Source: a virus (taxonomy: Duplodnaviria; Caudoviricetes). From it: 59,071 bases of DNA. Where the stretch lies: positions 1-59,071 of IMG/VR virus record IMGVR_UViG_3300021961_000108, one strand, 5' to 3'. Each line of letters begins with the position of its first letter. The first letter of the stretch is position 1. Under the pieces are notes generated by a model that had not been told where the DNA came from, did no database searches, and saw nothing but the letters and a program-made list of their open reading frames with translations. The position numbers were made by a program, and so were the translations under genes. Of this stretch, positions 55,901 to 59,071 are shown in pieces.

Positions 55901-58900
55901 ACTAAAATTTGCTGCGGTAGGAATGTTTGGAGATACTTTTCCAGACGAAACATATGATGCTGAAGGAACTAAAGGAACAAGAAAAGTATTGATCACAGCA
56001 GCATTGATGGACAGAGCATTAGCAGAACAACTAGATGCTGATTTTGGAGGTGGTATAGAATCAACAGCCCAACAAGCTGCTGAAAAAGTTATGGTTGGTA
56101 ATATTACTAAAGGGTTATTAGGAGGTAAACAAGCAGAATTTGATTTTGATAGAACATTAGCAGTTGGTGCTGATGATATAGCTAGCTTGAAAGATTTTAG
56201 AGATCCTGCTATTGTTCAAGAAAAATTAAAAAATGCAAGTTTAACAAGATTAGGTAGAGCACTAGTAGATTTAGTTAAAGCTCATCCAGAAATACTTCCT
56301 AATATGAGGATAGTAACAGCACGATCTCAGTCCACAGTACCACTAGTCCAAAGATGGCTAGCAGACAAAGGACTAGGATTGTCTGATTCTCAATTTGTGG
56401 GAGTTGGCGGCGATTCTCAAATAGTTTCCGAAAGCGATATTCCGGCATTAAAAGCTGCTCAATTAAGAGCAGGATCATTATTTGTTGATGATAGCGGCCC
56501 GAATATTAGAGCTGCTGAAGCTAGTGGTAAAAACATAGAAACATATCAGTATGGGGCGCAATTAACTACCCCTAATCCTGTTTTAGAGTCTAGTGTTAAG
56601 GGTATATTTTTTGAAAAAATGATACAAAATCTTGGAGGCCCCGGAGCAATTGCCGGACTAGGATTTGATTATCCCAAAGGTTTAGGACCTGCTGCTAAAT
56701 ATTTTGGTATTGATCCTGATATTCCTACTGATGCTAAAAGAACCATAGTTGGCGCAGGAACTATTAAAGATAATGTTAGAACTTATCTTAAAGCAATGGG
56801 ATATGCTGGTGGTGGAATGATTATGGGCAAAGGAAGAGGAAAGAAAGGGGCAAAGGGAGCCAGAGATGTTATAGAGCCTATTAGTAGTGAAACATATTTA
56901 AAATGGGCTCAGGGCATATATGATGAATATGATAAAGATCCTTCGTTAGTAATGACTACTGATGAACTCGGAATAAGAATGCCCCCAGAAATAGCATTAG
57001 CTAATAAACTATTAACACAACATGCGTTACAAACTGGAGGAGCAGGATTAAGCGTTGGGACAAGATTTGTTACAACACCGGAACAATATATAGACGACGC
57101 ATTAAGACCTTATCTTGTGCCAAATCCTAATAATCCTAATGAATTAGGTTTTTATGAAGATGTTATTGCTAAGTTTGGTAGGGCTAAAGCAGTATCAGCG
57201 GCAGCAACAAAAAAACTTGGTAAAGCAGAAGCATTGAAAGCTGTTGAAGCTAGAATGGAAACGTACACTGGTGCCGAAAATGCAATTACTGAATTTAAAA
57301 AGAGTGGAGTTCTAAATGTTAGTTCATCAATAATGGACTATATAATTAAATCAGTAAATAATCCTGATAATTTACCATTAGATAGTAAAGGTATCAATAG
57401 CATAAAGAAAAAATTAACAAAAAGTAATGTTGATGCTTTTAATGCTTTAGTTGGATCCCAAAAAACTCCTGTTAGTGTACAGGGCCAAAGAACAAAATTA
57501 GGAGAAGTTTTTAATGCTATATTAGAAACTTATGGTAGTGATGTATCTGATTTAGAAGTTGATAATATAACTAGAGCTATGGGAGAAAAATTAAATATTG
57601 GTGGACTAGTACAAAAGTTTGCTTTTGGTGGAAAAGCAGATGGTCCAGGATTTGAAGAAGTTCGAAAACAAATAATGGATAAATATCCAGAGGTTGATTT
57701 TAGAATTAGTAAGCGCAAAAAAGGAAGAGGTTTTGGATATAATTTATTAGGAGCTTTAAAAACAGATGGTGGATTATTAGGATCGAAAGGACTACAATTT
57801 GAACAGCCAAGTAATCTACAAAAACTAATTGAAGTTTCTGATAAAATGGCAACAAGCTTGATAAATCCACAAGAACTAGCGGTTGGTGGATTAGCAGATG
57901 CTACATCAGAAATGGCAAGTTTGATGGGTGGTCTTTATGGTAATAGAAAATCATCAGAAGCAGTCCCGGCTAAAAAACAAAAAGATTTTGGTAGAATAGG
58001 ATTAAATGAAGATGGTAATTTGATTAGTGCTGGTTATTACAAGAATGATCAAAGATCAGGATACGTTCAAGCTTATAAGATGAAAGATAATTTATATTAT
58101 GTAGGATTATCTAAAGCTACTAGTGGTTATGGCCCAAGATTATACGATGTGGTAATGGAAGCTGTTAGTGAAAAAGGGGCTATGTTAACTTCTGATAGAG
58201 GTATGGTTAGCGCAGAAGCTCAAAAGGTATGGCAATATTATTTTAAGAATAGAGGAGATGTTAAGAAAACGCCGTTGGAACCAGAGAACTGGACAAAAAA
58301 TCAATCATTAATTGATCCTAAACTTTATGGACGCAAAGAAACTTGGCCTCCATCAACTGATCCTGCTTGGGTATTACAAAGTGGATATAGTAAAAGTCCA
58401 AGTTTAATTAATGATCCTAATGCAGTTGTTAGAGGAAATAAAAAATCAACAGTATCTTCTGGACAAATGGCTCTGCAGTATTTCCAAAGAGCAAATGGCG
58501 GCAGACTAGGTTTTGCTACTGGTGGAAGTGTTGATGAGAATATAAAAAAGATTTCGGCAATGAGAATGAGGGAGATCGATATTGGAATGAATCTTAGAAG
58601 ACAACTTCCAGCAATGTCTCAAGAAGAATGGCAAAAAGAATGGGAAAAAATAAGATCAGCTCCTGGAGGCTCTCGACAATTAGCAGAGGAATTATTTGGT
58701 TCAGAAGAGGCGGCGAATAGAATCATTACTGAACAAGCTTATGCCAGAGTAAAAAACCCTCATAAGAACGGTGGTTTAATTAACAGATTCGTTGATGGCG
58801 GAACTGTCCCAGCATTAGTTAGTAATGGGGAAGCTTATGTTCCGCCCAAACTAGCTAAAAAGATCGGTTACGGAACTCTTAGCAAGATGAATCAGGCTGA

Positions 58901-59071
58901 TAAGAATGGTATGGGGCGATTTAGTAGTGGTGGAATTAGCGTATTTAAAGGACCCGGTAGCGGGACTAGCGATAGCATACCAACAAGTTTACCAGTTGGT
59001 AGTTTTATACTGAGAGAAAAGGCTACTAAAGCATTAGGCTTAAATAAAGGAGGAATGGTACAAAGATTTGC
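52941..59071 (+). CDS. Tape measure protein (TP901-like core) with multiple cargo domains; 3' truncated, >2040 aa
   Basis: Missing from ORF track (no stop in window). Manual translation MAAFNLTAQLNLVGP...; core FDRELVRVSQVTG, LAQAGL, RESAETIATGLRTIFTRI, GGFRQ; GGTVPGSGKGDKVPALLEPGEVV motif; frame stays open to 59071. Confidence 0.9.
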   Translation, partial: MAAFNLTAQLNLVGPTNVRQIVGDIRKQLGTIKGNIDLGIDPKAIRAIAQLQSQASQISSSLNNVSRSASVASGSINDLNNAASKNQLGSVAQSAAKAASAASDLGKESSRSSKDVKVLSNELAEFGRQSGLAIRRFAAFSLVSGVMYKLNSAINQALSQYIDFDRELVRVSQVTGKSVAELGSLVNEISSLATSTGVASKELIQVSSTLAQAGLSARDAEKALKALALSANAPSFDNLNDTVEGSIALMRQFGISADDLESALGSVNAVAAAFAVEASDLIAAIQRTGGVFASASRGVSEGTDALNEFIAVFTSVRATTRESAETIATGLRTIFTRIQRESTITALRELGVELRDVEGKFVGPYEAVRRLSEGLGQLDPRSQTFASIVEELGGFRQIGKVIPLIQQFATAEAALQVAMKGGDSLAEANRQAQQALAVQLAKTREEFVALVRDFANNTAFRSFLTTTIGITKSILSLARAGRSLFPLLTLMGGFKAFSAVTQFAGGFAQGVRPSGGRGGGGDEEGIDNKALSRTMGRSVSRSIGKGLGEMLSGSKTERQAESLEQIVSILRSNAQAFNTDVSSLSQPITSLSSLLNDNNSLLSANTSGLNNVYAALVNLEAAISSKSFTGPTTARGGGRILGFSKGGTVPGSGKGDKVPALLEPGEVVMSNNAVNRYGRGNLVRMNKYATGGKIQKRLSDLDLNLSKEVSGIDLAQTDIKLKEIQLFPNDFAEMQKTIMETKKETTKIIEKYPGKETEQFTKKYRGGQWLLGKAFQEIVEKKYNLKGVRPSGFGTSTENFDDILQEHFAPLDYTTGDAKFVKNLNSITNEEILSKRLRYEFKENKLRPDPSTKIESFNLPDTSLYYPAKGIKERFERYIQSTGESSKILGGYFNLGGLVQRFMAGGEAEETTPWGDTATVPEILRLLTFDGAAKIGRVANPRELLKRKKPTEDEKAKIKAIRDEATKTYNRRIGAAKGVQTRLTGQGLKFAAVGMFGDTFPDETYDAEGTKGTRKVLITAALMDRALAEQLDADFGGGIESTAQQAAEKVMVGNITKGLLGGKQAEFDFDRTLAVGADDIASLKDFRDPAIVQEKLKNASLTRLGRALVDLVKAHPEILPNMRIVTARSQSTVPLVQRWLADKGLGLSDSQFVGVGGDSQIVSESDIPALKAAQLRAGSLFVDDSGPNIRAAEASGKNIETYQYGAQLTTPNPVLESSVKGIFFEKMIQNLGGPGAIAGLGFDYPKGLGPAAKYFGIDPDIPTDAKRTIVGAGTIKDNVRTYLKAMGYAGGGMIMGKGRGKKGAKGARDVIEPISSETYLKWAQGIYDEYDKDPSLVMTTDELGIRMPPEIALANKLLTQHALQTGGAGLSVGTRFVTTPEQYIDDALRPYLVPNPNNPNELGFYEDVIAKFGRAKAVSAAATKKLGKAEALKAVEARMETYTGAENAITEFKKSGVLNVSSSIMDYIIKSVNNPDNLPLDSKGINSIKKKLTKSNVDAFNALVGSQKTPVSVQGQRTKLGEVFNAILETYGSDVSDLEVDNITRAMGEKLNIGGLVQKFAFGGKADGPGFEEVRKQIMDKYPEVDFRISKRKKGRGFGYNLLGALKTDGGLLGSKGLQFEQPSNLQKLIEVSDKMATSLINPQELAVGGLADATSEMASLMGGLYGNRKSSEAVPAKKQKDFGRIGLNEDGNLISAGYYKNDQRSGYVQAYKMKDNLYYVGLSKATSGYGPRLYDVVMEAVSEKGAMLTSDRGMVSAEAQKVWQYYFKNRGDVKKTPLEPENWTKNQSLIDPKLYGRKETWPPSTDPAWVLQSGYSKSPSLINDPNAVVRGNKKSTVSSGQMALQYFQRANGGRLGFATGGSVDENIKKISAMRMREIDIGMNLRRQLPAMSQEEWQKEWEKIRSAPGGSRQLAEELFGSEEAANRIITEQAYARVKNPHKNGGLINRFVDGGTVPALVSNGEAYVPPKLAKKIGYGTLSKMNQADKNGMGRFSSGGISVFKGPGSGTSDSIPTSLPVGSFILREKATKALGLNKGGMVQRF

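Noticed and set aside
2356-57718. Short antisense and alternate-frame ORFs within structural genes (e.g. 2774..3208, 11368..11664, 39512..39952, 54695..55165)
   Set aside because: Fully nested in well-supported genes, no SD, and composition typical of reverse or shifted frames.
52941-59071. Apparent 6-kb ORF-free region suggesting ncRNA or stop-codon recoding
   Set aside because: It is one open frame lacking a stop before the window end; elsewhere genes tile tightly under code 11.

Overview
This window is a 59-kb segment of a large, AT-rich tailed dsDNA phage (Caudoviricetes). It is probably siphovirus-like, since there is a tail tube and a very long tape-measure gene and no sheath is recognisable. 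Standard genetic code 11 fits. Bases 1-1800 are a more GC-balanced, leftward array of tiny early-type genes. Five repeated sigma70-like promoter cassettes drive them, and the array also holds a 100-bp nested dyad element and two sigma54-consensus sites. After a G/C-run junction (~1845-1980) the + strand carries a packaging and morphogenesis region: a sigma-like factor, gmd, HNH and ERCC4 nucleases, TerL, portal, prohead protease with a likely nested scaffold, decoration protein and major capsid protein. About 33 kb of fibre and adhesin genes follow (including a 3639-aa protein), interrupted by an inverted sulfotransferase/HAD island. Neck and tube genes come next, then a tape-measure gene from 52941 that is still open at the window end and is missing from the supplied ORF track. 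The strongest candidate for an undescribed system is this tape measure. Its C-terminal two-thirds is a string of cargo domains (HAD phosphatase, GNAT-like, two PD-(D/E)xK-like, several unknown), each bounded by recurring xxxGG linkers, which suggests a protease-processed, co-ejected effector polyprotein. All product calls come from reading motifs and synteny by eye; no database searches were run.
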